NCBI GenBank assembly: GCA_934402395.1
Contig: CAKRTQ010000002.1
Span: forward strand, 79,372-143,371
Reading direction: 5' to 3'
Length of the DNA: 64,000 bases
From: an uncultured Eubacteriales bacterium
GTDB lineage: Bacteria > Bacillota > Clostridia > Oscillospirales > CAG-272
Below, piece by piece: positions 25,701-34,762 of this stretch (position 1 is its first letter; every line of letters starts with the position of its first letter). The translations under genes and the position numbers were made by a program. The notes under the pieces were generated by a model. The model was not told the DNA's origin. It saw only the letters and a program-made list of their open reading frames with translations, and did not search any database.

Positions 25701-26744
25701 ATGCAGTTCAGCAGCAAATTGAAAGAGTTAAGAGCCAACGCCGGGCTAACGCAGGAAGAGGTCGCCAAACGCCTGTACGTATCCTCGCAGACTGTTTCAA
25801 AGTGGGAACGCGGGCTTCTCACGCCGGACATCAAGCTTCTACCGCGCATAGCAGTGCTTTATCACACATCCATCGACTCGATATTCAGCATGGAATCGGT
25901 GTGGGACGAGGAACACGAAAAAAAGCAGCGTGAAAAAATAAGCCTATTCCACGCAACGGGTAAATATGAGCTCGCCTACGATACCATGCTTGACGAAATT
26001 GAGCTTCGCCCCGCCAAATTTCAGGATTACTGCAACATTATGCTTTATGTTTTGCAGCAAAAAATGTTTGACGAAGCGCATATCCGCCGTATGCTACAGC
26101 TTGCCGAATACGCCAATGAATACTGCAAATGCGATGACATACGAAATGAGATATGCAGGCTGATGCTTCAGATATGCAGTTTTTCGGGCAGTGCCGAAAT
26201 AAGAAAAAAAGCCGTTGGATATTACAAGAAATTACCGCAGCTCAAGCACAGCCGCGAGGTGTATGCCAGGTTTGTAATGGAACCCGCCGAATATTCCGCT
26301 CAGCTCAGGAAAAACATAACATACACGGTCGATCTTGCCGAGTGTGCCATACGCGGACTGATCACCGGAGATATGACTGACGAAGAAAAACTGTTTTATT
26401 TTAAAAAAGCCGCCGCACTGTTTGAAACAATAAACGATGACAGGTATGCAGGCTTTTACGACCTTCCGCTCCTTTGCGACTACTGCGAAATAGCCCGGTT
26501 GCTTTTATCGCTCGGAGATCATGATGAAGCGGATAAATATGTTAAAAAAATTATTTTCATAATACAACGGCAGATTGACCCCGAAGAAACAGTTTCGCCG
26601 CTCATCGGCAATCCAATTCCGGAAGGATACACGCACCCGCTCACAAAATGCAAAATGCTTTTGAAAAACATGCTCTCATCACCGGCGTTCGCCGAATATC
26701 GGGAAAAACTGCAGCACATTGCAGCCGAGATAGACCCGAAATGA
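25701..26744 (+). CDS. XRE-family HTH regulator with a long helical-repeat (TPR-like) C-terminal domain
   Basis: MQFSSKLKELRANAGLTQEEVAKRLYVSSQTVSKWERG is an XRE HTH. It is followed by about 280 aa of helical-repeat-like sequence. The SD ggagaaataaaATG precedes the start, which lies 1 nt after the upstream stop. Confidence 0.75.
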   Translation: MQFSSKLKELRANAGLTQEEVAKRLYVSSQTVSKWERGLLTPDIKLLPRIAVLYHTSIDSIFSMESVWDEEHEKKQREKISLFHATGKYELAYDTMLDEIELRPAKFQDYCNIMLYVLQQKMFDEAHIRRMLQLAEYANEYCKCDDIRNEICRLMLQICSFSGSAEIRKKAVGYYKKLPQLKHSREVYARFVMEPAEYSAQLRKNITYTVDLAECAIRGLITGDMTDEEKLFYFKKAAALFETINDDRYAGFYDLPLLCDYCEIARLLLSLGDHDEADKYVKKIIFIIQRQIDPEETVSPLIGNPIPEGYTHPLTKCKMLLKNMLSSPAFAEYREKLQHIAAEIDPK

Positions 26745-26835
26745 TCTGTCGGCAATGATTTTTTGCCATCGGGGAAACCGAAAAAAATATAAAGGCACTG
26801 GCAAAAAAACTACCAAATATAACATTAATAAAAGC

Positions 26836-26865
26836 AAAAATGCCGGGATTTCGACCGGCATTTTT
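26836..26865. terminator. Bidirectional terminator
   Basis: aaaaa tgccgg gatttcga ccggca ttttt, between convergent genes. Confidence 0.6.
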
Positions 26866-26903
26866 GTGTAGCACTCGGGACTATCCTAAGCTTTGTCTGT
26901 TCG

Positions 26904-27227
26904 TCAGTATGAGACCACGAGCTGCATTTTGAACTTTTCCTCACCGTAAACCGCGTGAGGAATATCCTTGGGCATGATGAGAGTCTCGCCGGCATTCAGA
27001 ATGAACACCTCGCCGCCGACGGTGAAGCGCCCGGTGCCATCAAGCACCGTGACCATCGCGTCTCCCGCCGCAGCATGCGTTGATATCTCCTCGCCTTTGT
27101 CGAACGAAAATAGCGTCATGCTCACCTTATCGTTCTGAACGAGCGTTTTGCTTACGACCTGCCCTGCCTGATATTCGATCTGATCCGCCAAAGCGATCTT
27201 TTCTTTTTTTGCGATATTCTTGTACAT
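26904..27227 (-). CDS. Cupin-domain protein
   Basis: 107 aa. GEEISTHAAAGDAMVTVLDG ... AGETLIMPKDIPHA is a cupin two-motif pattern. Confidence 0.7.
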   Translation of the reverse strand: MYKNIAKKEKIALADQIEYQAGQVVSKTLVQNDKVSMTLFSFDKGEEISTHAAAGDAMVTVLDGTGRFTVGGEVFILNAGETLIMPKDIPHAVYGEEKFKMQLVVSY

Positions 27228-27269
27228 TTTTCTTTCTTCCTGATTTTATATTATTTTCGTGATACGTTG

Positions 27270-28070
27270 TCAGCGTTTTTTCAGGCGGCCGAGCACACGT
27301 CCCGCACATGATATTTCGGTGAAATCCTTGAGCAGGATCCTGCCGTATTCGGGGTTGAGCGAGATAAGGCAGTCGCCGCCGAATATTTTGAAGTACCCGT
27401 TGCCGTCAAGGATATACACGCACGGCTCGCCGACCTCAACGGCATCGCAGCTCTCAACAAGCAGCACGTCCCCGTTGTGGTATTTCGGCTCCATGCTGTT
27501 TCCGCTTATGCGCAGCGCAAAGTCGGCTCCGTCGGTCTTTCTGTCACGCGGTATGGTTATGCTCTCCGCGCTGTCGCCGTCAAGATATTCACCGACACCG
27601 GCAGATACCGGCAGATCGTAAAGAGGGATCTCGCGTTTCCCGCCAAGTGCGCCGGATGCCTCTCCGTAGCGGCGTCCGGTCCCTCCGCGCTTTCTGACAA
27701 ACGCGCCGTCGGAAGCCGCTCCGGAATAAACGGAGTGACTTATGCGTTCGTTTTCTTTACCCAGTACAAGCACAACCAGTTCCTTTCCGTATTGGTCCAG
27801 CCGTCGGTAATCCTCAATGAACTTGATCTCCCCCTGCGTGAGAGTATAGTTGTTGGTATTCTCCGGCTGTCCGCTTATAATATAATCAAGCGAGCAGTCA
27901 AGTGCATTGCAGACCGCTATTATATTGGAAAGCTTCACCGAATCGGAAATACCGGCAAGAAATTTGCTGAGTGTCCCAAGCGGTATTCCCGTCATTCGTG
28001 ACAGTTGCTCGTTGGTGATCTTTTTTTCCGATTTGAGCTTTTTTATGCGTTCAAGATAGTTTTCTTCCAT
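27270..28070 (-). CDS. XRE-HTH / S24 (LexA/CI-like) autocleavable repressor
   Basis: 266 aa. The N-terminal HTH is KITNEQLSRMTGIPLGTLSKFLAG. A candidate Ala-Gly cleavage site lies in LPVSAGVG. The S24 Ser motif is ISGNSMEP, with a downstream Lys in GYFKIF. Confidence 0.8.
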   Translation of the reverse strand: MEENYLERIKKLKSEKKITNEQLSRMTGIPLGTLSKFLAGISDSVKLSNIIAVCNALDCSLDYIISGQPENTNNYTLTQGEIKFIEDYRRLDQYGKELVVLVLGKENERISHSVYSGAASDGAFVRKRGGTGRRYGEASGALGGKREIPLYDLPVSAGVGEYLDGDSAESITIPRDRKTDGADFALRISGNSMEPKYHNGDVLLVESCDAVEVGEPCVYILDGNGYFKIFGGDCLISLNPEYGRILLKDFTEISCAGRVLGRLKKR

Positions 28071-28113
28071 AACCGAAATAAAACCTCCGTCTGTTTCGTC
28101 CTTTTATGGTCTT

Positions 28114-28142
28114 ATTATAGCACACAAGTTCCGTTTTGTAAA
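28114..28142 (-). promoter_or_regulatory. Predicted promoter of the S24 repressor (TTTACA-17-TATAAT, extended TG)
   Basis: The reverse complement of 28114-28142 reads TTTACAaaacggaacttgtgtgcTATAAT. Confidence 0.45.
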
Positions 28143-28171
28143 TACCTTTTCAAAATATTTTTCCGTTTTTG
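28129..28171. promoter_or_regulatory. Direct repeat TTCCGTTTT(T)G x2, candidate operator pair
   Basis: Copies lie at 28129-28138 and 28161-28171. The first sits in the spacer of the repressor promoter. The second sits 12 nt upstream of the -35 of the divergent promoter. Confidence 0.4.
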
Positions 28172-28182
28172 ATATTTTTCTA

Positions 28183-28211
28183 TTGACAGGAGCGCAGTCG
28201 TGTGATATAAT
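28183..28211 (+). promoter_or_regulatory. Predicted promoter (TTGACA-17-TATAAT with extended TG)
   Basis: TTGACA at 28183-28188 and tgaTATAAT ending at 28211. Confidence 0.55.
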
Positions 28212-28254
28212 ATGCTCAGAAAAATTCCAAATCAAGAACTACGGAGACAACACG

Positions 28255-28566
28255 ATGAATAAGTGCTTCAATGATTTTCCCCAATACAAAAACCGCAGAT
28301 ATGTTTCGTCATATTCGCGCCGCACGCGTGCCGGGCGTTCGTGCGCCGCGCCAGCCGAACGTATACTCAGCATATGTGCGGGGATCGCATCGGCATTTGA
28401 AGCTTCGGCTGTGCAGATCATTGGTAGGATAGCCGCACTTGTCGCGCTTTTTGTGGGGCTTTTCTTTCTCATCGCCGCAATCGGCGCAGGCAGCATCGGT
28501 GTATGGCACGCAGTGCTCATTATGCTCGGGCTGGCAGCAGGTCTCGCCGCCGTGCTCCGACTGTGA
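28255..28566 (+). CDS. Small two-TM membrane protein, unknown function
   Basis: The start is trimmed to MNKCFNDF, which has the SD acggagacaacacgATG. It has a basic N-terminal region followed by two hydrophobic segments. The track's TTG start at 28183 coincides with the -35 box. Confidence 0.55.
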   Translation: MNKCFNDFPQYKNRRYVSSYSRRTRAGRSCAAPAERILSICAGIASAFEASAVQIIGRIAALVALFVGLFFLIAAIGAGSIGVWHAVLIMLGLAAGLAAVLRL

Positions 28567-28571
28567 GCCTG

Positions 28572-29696
28572 TCATCCCGGCTGCTTCATTATTTTAACAA
28601 CGGCATCGGCAAGAATGCGTGCGTAACGCAGTCCGCGCGATGAACGTTCGGCGGCATCAAGCTCCACGTGCAACGACAGCACGGGGAGATCCTGATTGTA
28701 CACTCCGCCGTCAAGCTGCACGCCGGTACCGTATGTATCAAGGGCTTCATTGACCATGACGGCAAGCGCGGTGTTTTTTTGCCACACGTCATCGGCACCG
28801 GCTCCGACAATCAGTCCCGGCTCGCCGCCTATGTGAAAATCCACCACAAGTCCGATTTCGCCATGTACCATCAACCGCCCGATCTCTGAGCGGGCGCGGG
28901 AATATGCCCCCAATCTTCCCTCCGCGTCAAACCCGCCGTCGCACATTTCGGTTGCGATCCCCACAGCATTGACCGCCTGACAAAACGCGCGCGCGGCATC
29001 CTCAACACCTGTTCCGTCCTGAAAATGCTCCCGCGAATGTGTGCAGAGCACAAGGACTTTCTTTCCAGCCAGCGCGCTTCTTATCTCCGCTTCAAACAGT
29101 GCCCTGAGCGCGACAGGATCTGCGTCATTGGACGTCTTGTTTGTGAATCCGCTTTTTCCCGATGGTACGGGATCGCTTTCGGGAGTTTCGCCTGGCACGT
29201 TCGGATCAGTCGAGATATCTGCCGCCTTCGTGCTTTCGCCGGATACACCGGACGTGTCGGTAGGCATGGGCGCTGTCACGTCCCCGGAGGTGCTCTGCGG
29301 TTCCCGCACGCCTGTGTCGATCACCGATGACGACATATCGGTATCTGTGCCGGCATTTGTTCCGGCGCCAAACAGCAATCTGCCCGCAATTCCACCGACT
29401 GTTTCGCGCGGATCCTTTCCCATCCCGTTTATCGTAACAGAAGCCGCGGCTGTAAATGCGGTCGTCAGAAAAAGCACGGTCAATATCATATATATAAATG
29501 AAGCCTTGCTTTTGTTTCCGTCCATTGTTACACCACGGTCAAAGTCTGCATTCCGCCTTATCGGAAGTGTGGCAGAACCGGTGTTTTTTTGTTTTTCTCC
29601 GTCACCGAAAATATCCACTCTTTCCTTTTTGACACGCGTCCCATCGGTCCCGGCGTAAAAATCGAAATCATCATTGCCGCACTTTTCGTCCTTCAT
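28572..29696 (-). CDS. spoIIP: Stage II sporulation protein P-like (SpoIIP family)
   Basis: It lies immediately downstream of gpr, as in Bacillus and Clostridium. It has an N-terminal TM segment, a low-complexity linker and a C-terminal amidase-like block VLVLCTHSREHF ... VVDFHIGG. ATG at 29696 is preceded by GGAGGaatgtg. Confidence 0.6.
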   Translation of the reverse strand: MKDEKCGNDDFDFYAGTDGTRVKKERVDIFGDGEKQKNTGSATLPIRRNADFDRGVTMDGNKSKASFIYMILTVLFLTTAFTAAASVTINGMGKDPRETVGGIAGRLLFGAGTNAGTDTDMSSSVIDTGVREPQSTSGDVTAPMPTDTSGVSGESTKAADISTDPNVPGETPESDPVPSGKSGFTNKTSNDADPVALRALFEAEIRSALAGKKVLVLCTHSREHFQDGTGVEDAARAFCQAVNAVGIATEMCDGGFDAEGRLGAYSRARSEIGRLMVHGEIGLVVDFHIGGEPGLIVGAGADDVWQKNTALAVMVNEALDTYGTGVQLDGGVYNQDLPVLSLHVELDAAERSSRGLRYARILADAVVKIMKQPG

Positions 29697-29756
29697 CACA
29701 TTCCTCCGTCTTTTTTCAAATGATATGATGCCGAAGCGGTTTTTATGTGCTCCGAT

Positions 29757-30701
29757 TCAGCCGATGCCAAATACGCCGTCTATGGCAGATGCGATCATTC
29801 GTGCAGCCTGCCTTGTGATCACGTCTGACTCGCGCGGACTGACAAAAAAGCTTTTTCCGGTTTCAAGCACGGTTCTGAGAGATTCCGGGAATGCATCAAA
29901 ACCATCACCATCGGTCATTCCGGCTTTTTGCAGTGCTTCCCAGACAAGCGTTGACGAATCTACCACCGTCGGAACGCCCACCGAGATCACAGGCACGCCG
30001 AGAGTTGTGTGCGTAAGCGCCTTTCTCTCGTTGCCTACCCCGGATCCCGGCGTTATTCCGGAATCCGAAAGCTGTATCGTTCTGCCGAGCCGCTCGCACG
30101 ACCGGGCTGCCAGAGCATCCACGGCGATCACAACATCCGGTTTGGCTGCACGGACCGCCCCGCGCAAAAGCTCCGCGCTTTCAATACCGGTTTTTCCGAG
30201 GACACCTGGCGTCACCACCGAAACGGCAGAGCAACCGAGCGCACGGAACAATCCGGTCTCAAGCTCACGCAGATGTCGCGTTGCCGATATCATTCCCGCC
30301 GCCACGGGTCCTACGGCATCTGCGGTCATATCCGCATTTCCCAGTCCCGCCACAAGCACACCGAATCCGCCGTCCGCCCTGCGACCGCACAGCGACTCGC
30401 ACATGAGACCGAGCTCACGCCCGAGAATATCCGCAAACGCCGTCACTGACTGATCGTCAAACTCAGAAAACCCGCATTCCGATGCCACGGTAACGTAGTT
30501 TCCGCGCCTTCGCCCCAGTCTTTGCGCCGCAGCTTGAGTCACAATCTCCATTCGGGCGACTGATATCCGCACGTTACCCGCAAATGCTTTTTCTTCCCGG
30601 CACATAACGCCGCTGCTGCCGTCCCATGATTCGCAGGCAAGGTCGGTCCTTGCAAACTCATTTTTGCCCGTGCCGCGCTTCCTTTTTTTATCCGATATCA
30701 T
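29757..30701 (-). CDS. gpr: Germination protease GPR
   Basis: FARTDLACE near the N-terminus, then VAGLGN ... DAVGP ... ITPGVLG-type blocks. I prefer the start at 30701 (MISDKK, SD aaaggaaggatatgtATG). The track's start is at 30725. Confidence 0.8.
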   Translation of the reverse strand: MISDKKRKRGTGKNEFARTDLACESWDGSSGVMCREEKAFAGNVRISVARMEIVTQAAAQRLGRRRGNYVTVASECGFSEFDDQSVTAFADILGRELGLMCESLCGRRADGGFGVLVAGLGNADMTADAVGPVAAGMISATRHLRELETGLFRALGCSAVSVVTPGVLGKTGIESAELLRGAVRAAKPDVVIAVDALAARSCERLGRTIQLSDSGITPGSGVGNERKALTHTTLGVPVISVGVPTVVDSSTLVWEALQKAGMTDGDGFDAFPESLRTVLETGKSFFVSPRESDVITRQAARMIASAIDGVFGIG

Positions 30702-30920
30702 ACATATCCTTCCTTTATCTGTCATGCGGTTTACCGTATTCCTTGGCTTGCACCGTGTATTAGTATATGTTTTTTCAGAAAAACTATTGCTTTTATTTCG
30801 ATTTTACATTATAATATTAGTTACAGCATATATTGCGCGGCGACGATATGGTCAAATTGAACAAATTTCGGGTTTGGGATTGTGCAATCCGCCGAACATT
30901 CAAAGACTTAAAAATCTCCA

Positions 30921-30949
30921 TTGAAATTTTCATTATTTGGTGATATAAT
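30921..30949 (+). promoter_or_regulatory. Predicted promoter (TTGAAA-17-TATAAT, extended TG)
   Basis: TTGAAA at 30921-30926 and tgaTATAAT ending at 30949. A second candidate (TTGCTT-17-TATAAT) lies at about 30789-30817. Confidence 0.45.
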
Positions 30950-31007
30950 AGATTGAATCGAAACGCCTCGCGTCTTTGATTTTTTACCTGAGGAGGATTA
31001 CACAAAA

Positions 31008-32873
31008 ATGACAAAAAGACTCTTAGCTGTGCTTCTCTGCATGGTCACACTTGCGACCATGCTTGTTTCCTGCCACGACTCTAAAATCGACGGCAAGGAT
31101 AACAAGGGAGCGGAGATCACAATGTATCTCACAGACATGATCTATGATTTTGACCCCGCTGTTGCATACAACAACGCATCGGCACTCAAGATTTGCGCTC
31201 TTATGTTCGACACGCTCTTCGCGCTTGACGCCAAGGGAAAGGTCGTGCCGTCCATTGTTGATAAATATACATACACCAAGGATGACAACAAGAAGGAATA
31301 CACGCTTATGCTCTATTTCAAGAGCAACAACGCCTGGTCCGACGGCACGCCCGTTTCCGCTCAGGATGCCGTGTATACATGGAAGCGTCTGCTTGATCCC
31401 GACTCAAGCTTCGAAGCTGCCTCCATGCTTTATGAGATCAAAAACGCGCGCCGTGCCAAAGAGGGCGATTGCTCGATCGATGACATCGGCATTTACGCGG
31501 TCGATGAGCTTGTTCTCGAGGTCAAATTTGAAAGAGACATCAATCTCAACGAATTTCTTGTCAATCTGACAAGCCTCGCCCTTGCTCCGCTGCGCGAGGA
31601 TATCGTATCCCGTAACGAAGACTGGGCAAAGAAACCCGCCACGATCGCCTGCAGCGGTCCCTTCAAGCTTTACCGTATAAATTACGGTATGCAGGAGAAT
31701 TCCACTCCCACTCTCTATCTCGAAAGAAACCCCTACTACCGCCGCAATTACGAAAAAGATCATCTTGACAAATCGGTAACGCCTCACCGCATTATAGTTG
31801 ACTTCTCCATGACTCCCGAAGAGCAGCTCGCGGCATTCAACGCAGGTGAAATATTCTACGTCGGCAATATTGCCCTTTCCGCAAGATCATCGTACAAGAA
31901 CACCGCCAAGGTCGCAAACGGTCTTTCCACTCATACATACTATCTCAACGAAAACGCCGATATAGCAAAAAAAGACGGCACTACCGAAAAGCTGTTCGCC
32001 AACAAGGAAGTGAGACTTGCCCTTTCGGCTGCCATCGACCGTCAGAAACTTGCAGACCTTGTTGTATTCGCGGAAGCAGCCACTGCTTTTGTTGCTCCCG
32101 GCGTGTTTGAGACTACAAACGCCAAAACAACGTTCCGCAGCGTTGGCGGCAGCATTATTTCCGCAGCAGCAGATACCGCCGCTGCCTCAAGCCATCTGTC
32201 CGCTGCAGGTATCAATGCATCCGATTATTCATTTGCGATCTCCGTTCGTGCCGAAAATGAAGTCCACTGCGCGATCGCCGAGGCAGTTGCCGAGGCATGG
32301 AACGCTCTCGGATTCAACGTTACCGTTGAAAAGATCGCCGCTATTGTAAACGATGACATGTATAACGGTGAAATAGCGACCGATATCAATGATGATATTT
32401 TCAATGAGCGGCTCGCAGCCAACAAATTCGAGGTTATCGCGGTCGATGCATCGGCTTACTCGGCAAATGCATACTCTATGCTCGCTCCCTTCGCGTTTGC
32501 GTTCTCCGGTCAGAAGCTTGACATAGAAAAGCCCGATGGATCGTTTGATTACAACTATATTCTCAATCCCCACAAGACCGGCTACAACAGCGATGCTTAC
32601 AATGCTCTGTTTGATCAGATCGCGGAGACCACCGATTCCACAGCACGCGCCGAGCTCCTTCACAAAGCTGAAAAACAGCTTCTTGACGATATGCCTGTTA
32701 TCCCTCTGATATTCAACCAGGATGCGTATATATGCTCCAAGAATCTCAGCCGTGTTGAAAGCAGCTACTACGGTTTCCGTATTTTCAACAAGACAAAACA
32801 GAAAAATTACACCAAGTACCTCACCACTTCATCTGTAAGCTCATCGACCACCGCAGCCGAAGAGGCTCAATGA
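31008..32873 (+). CDS. Family-5 (OppA-like) ABC solute-binding lipoprotein, orphan
   Basis: 621 aa. Lipobox MLVSC. AWSDGTPVSAQDAVYTWKRLLDP is typical of the SBP_bac_5 family. Confidence 0.75.
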   Translation: MTKRLLAVLLCMVTLATMLVSCHDSKIDGKDNKGAEITMYLTDMIYDFDPAVAYNNASALKICALMFDTLFALDAKGKVVPSIVDKYTYTKDDNKKEYTLMLYFKSNNAWSDGTPVSAQDAVYTWKRLLDPDSSFEAASMLYEIKNARRAKEGDCSIDDIGIYAVDELVLEVKFERDINLNEFLVNLTSLALAPLREDIVSRNEDWAKKPATIACSGPFKLYRINYGMQENSTPTLYLERNPYYRRNYEKDHLDKSVTPHRIIVDFSMTPEEQLAAFNAGEIFYVGNIALSARSSYKNTAKVANGLSTHTYYLNENADIAKKDGTTEKLFANKEVRLALSAAIDRQKLADLVVFAEAATAFVAPGVFETTNAKTTFRSVGGSIISAAADTAAASSHLSAAGINASDYSFAISVRAENEVHCAIAEAVAEAWNALGFNVTVEKIAAIVNDDMYNGEIATDINDDIFNERLAANKFEVIAVDASAYSANAYSMLAPFAFAFSGQKLDIEKPDGSFDYNYILNPHKTGYNSDAYNALFDQIAETTDSTARAELLHKAEKQLLDDMPVIPLIFNQDAYICSKNLSRVESSYYGFRIFNKTKQKNYTKYLTTSSVSSSTTAAEEAQ

Positions 32874-32896
32874 TCTCACGGAAATAACAGATACCT

Positions 32897-32928
32897 AATG
32901 GGCTGTCGTGTTAACACGACAGCCCATT
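32897..32928 (+). terminator. Hairpin terminator after the OppA-like gene
   Basis: aatgggctgtcgtg ttaa cacgacagcccatt (14-bp perfect stem). The U-run is weak. Confidence 0.55.
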
Positions 32929-33110
32929 CCTTATCTTCGGCAATAATACGGCGCGCCAAACTTTTGAAAGATCATCTTCTGCGAAGCGATTTTTTGACCG
33001 GTCGGCAATATTGGTTTCGCCTTTTTCCTCTTAACATCCACAACTCTTTGTCACTATGCACAAAAATACGCATTAATTTATATGCATTTTGCCGTAATTC
33101 CAAAAAACTA

Positions 33111-33139
33111 TTGACTTTTGAGCGTTCCGATGATATAAT
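33111..33139 (+). promoter_or_regulatory. Predicted promoter (TTGACT-17-TATAAT, extended TG)
   Basis: TTGACT at 33111-33116 and tgaTATAAT ending at 33139. It gives a leader of about 100 nt that contains the hairpin ggagcggtgc gac gcaccggctcc (33187-33210). Confidence 0.5.
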
Positions 33140-33245
33140 TTAAAAGTAACAAATCAACTTACGGTTTACATAAGCAGACTGTAAGCGGAGCGGTGCGACG
33201 CACCGGCTCCGAAAAAGCAAAAAAGAAAGGTTTGGTTTTCTGAAC

Positions 33246-34748
33246 ATGAAGACACGCTTTACTCGCTTCCTGGCAATGGCGTTTGCCGTCATGATGCTTG
33301 TATCCCTTGCATCCTGCGCAAAGCCCGGCGAATCCACCAGCACATCCACCGACCCCGTTGCATCCACGACCGCCGGTCCGGATGAAACGACTTCTCCCTA
33401 TGTTGACGATGATATTCCCGACAACCTGAACTTCAACAAGACCATCGGCGTTCTTGTATGGTCAGACGTTGAGCACTTCGAATTCAACGAAGAAATCGGT
33501 AAAGAAGCTTCTGTCAGCGACCTTGTCATTTCCAAACTCAACTCCCGTCTCGGAAAAGTGCAGGAAAGACTCGGCATCACCATTGAATTCATTCCCATCC
33601 TCGGCAATGCCGACAACAACAAGACCTGGAACTCCTATGTCGAGCGCTCCCTCGGAGTTGATTTTTCATATGATGTTATAGCGGGATATTCTCTTTCAGT
33701 CGCTCAGAATGCCACATCGGGCTTCCTTTACAATATGCTCAGCGATGAATGCCAGTACCTCAACTTTGAAAAGCCCTGGTGGTCCGAGCTTCTTGTAAAA
33801 GAAGCGACAGTCAAGGACAAACTTTTCTTTGCATCGGGCGATATTTCGAGAAACGCTCTTGAAATGATGTATGTCTGCTTTGTCAACACCAACCTGCTGA
33901 AGGATTACAACCTTGAAAATCCTCAGAACTATGTTGCCACCGGCGAGTGGACCTATGACAAATTCATCAGCATGTGCTCCGGTCTTTACAAAGACCTTGA
34001 CGCCAGCGGTACCAAGAACTGCTCCAGCACCGAAGGCGACCAGTTCGGTTATATAACCTCCGGTATTCATGTCGACCCTTGGTTCTACGGATCCGGCGCG
34101 ACCATTCTCGACAAGGATGCTGACGGCAACCTTAAAATCGCAGACTCTTTCAAGGGTGAACGCGTTGTAAATACCGTCAATATGCTCAACCAGTTCCTCT
34201 ACAACACAGATGACGGCATCTATACCTCAAGCGTGACTCACCAGCGCGCTTTCGGTCAGGGTCGCTCCCTCTTTATGATGGACCGTGCACGTGTTTCTCA
34301 CAAGGTCCTCAAAGCCGACTACGAGATCGACTATGTTGTTGTTCCCTGCCCCAAGTATGATAAAGACCAGGAAAAATACATCACCGTTATGGGTAACCCC
34401 TTCACCCTCTATGCGATCAGAAAAGACGCTCAGGATCCCACTGCTGCTTCCGCATTCATAGAATGCATGGCATCCGAGGGCTACCGTCAGATCACTCCCG
34501 CCGTCTTTGAGCTCCAGCTCAAGACAAGATACGTCAACGATCCCATATCCGGTCAGATGTACGATATAATCCGCTCCAACCTTACCTACGACCTCGGTCG
34601 TATATTCACCTATCCTCTCGGCGGTTCTCAGAGCACTTTCAAGAATGCAATAAAGAACAACACCGCAAACTACGCGACCAGCGCCAAGATGTCTGCAAAT
34701 CTCTTTGCGAAGAAACTGCCGGACATCATGTCGGTTTACACTAATTAA
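33246..34748 (+). CDS. ABC-type extracellular solute-binding lipoprotein, orphan (paralogue of 13743..15227)
   Basis: 500 aa. Lipobox LASC followed by a Ser/Thr/Pro linker. Collinear similarity to 13743..15227. Confidence 0.6.
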   Translation: MKTRFTRFLAMAFAVMMLVSLASCAKPGESTSTSTDPVASTTAGPDETTSPYVDDDIPDNLNFNKTIGVLVWSDVEHFEFNEEIGKEASVSDLVISKLNSRLGKVQERLGITIEFIPILGNADNNKTWNSYVERSLGVDFSYDVIAGYSLSVAQNATSGFLYNMLSDECQYLNFEKPWWSELLVKEATVKDKLFFASGDISRNALEMMYVCFVNTNLLKDYNLENPQNYVATGEWTYDKFISMCSGLYKDLDASGTKNCSSTEGDQFGYITSGIHVDPWFYGSGATILDKDADGNLKIADSFKGERVVNTVNMLNQFLYNTDDGIYTSSVTHQRAFGQGRSLFMMDRARVSHKVLKADYEIDYVVVPCPKYDKDQEKYITVMGNPFTLYAIRKDAQDPTAASAFIECMASEGYRQITPAVFELQLKTRYVNDPISGQMYDIIRSNLTYDLGRIFTYPLGGSQSTFKNAIKNNTANYATSAKMSANLFAKKLPDIMSVYTN

Positions 34749-34762
34749 AAACAATAGCAATA

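Noticed and set aside
26755-26871. 38-codon ORF (MIFCHRGNRKKYKGTGKK...) downstream of the XRE/helical-repeat regulator, considered as a cognate signalling pro-peptide.
   Set aside because: It has no SD, and it runs through the bidirectional terminator hairpin. Its sequence is highly basic and has none of the features of a secreted pro-peptide.
26904-28566. The CI-like repressor as a marker of an integrated prophage.
   Set aside because: No integrase, excisionase, Cro/antirepressor, structural or lysis genes and no att-like repeats are visible on either side. The flanks are spoIIP/gpr on one side and a cupin/regulator islet on the other.
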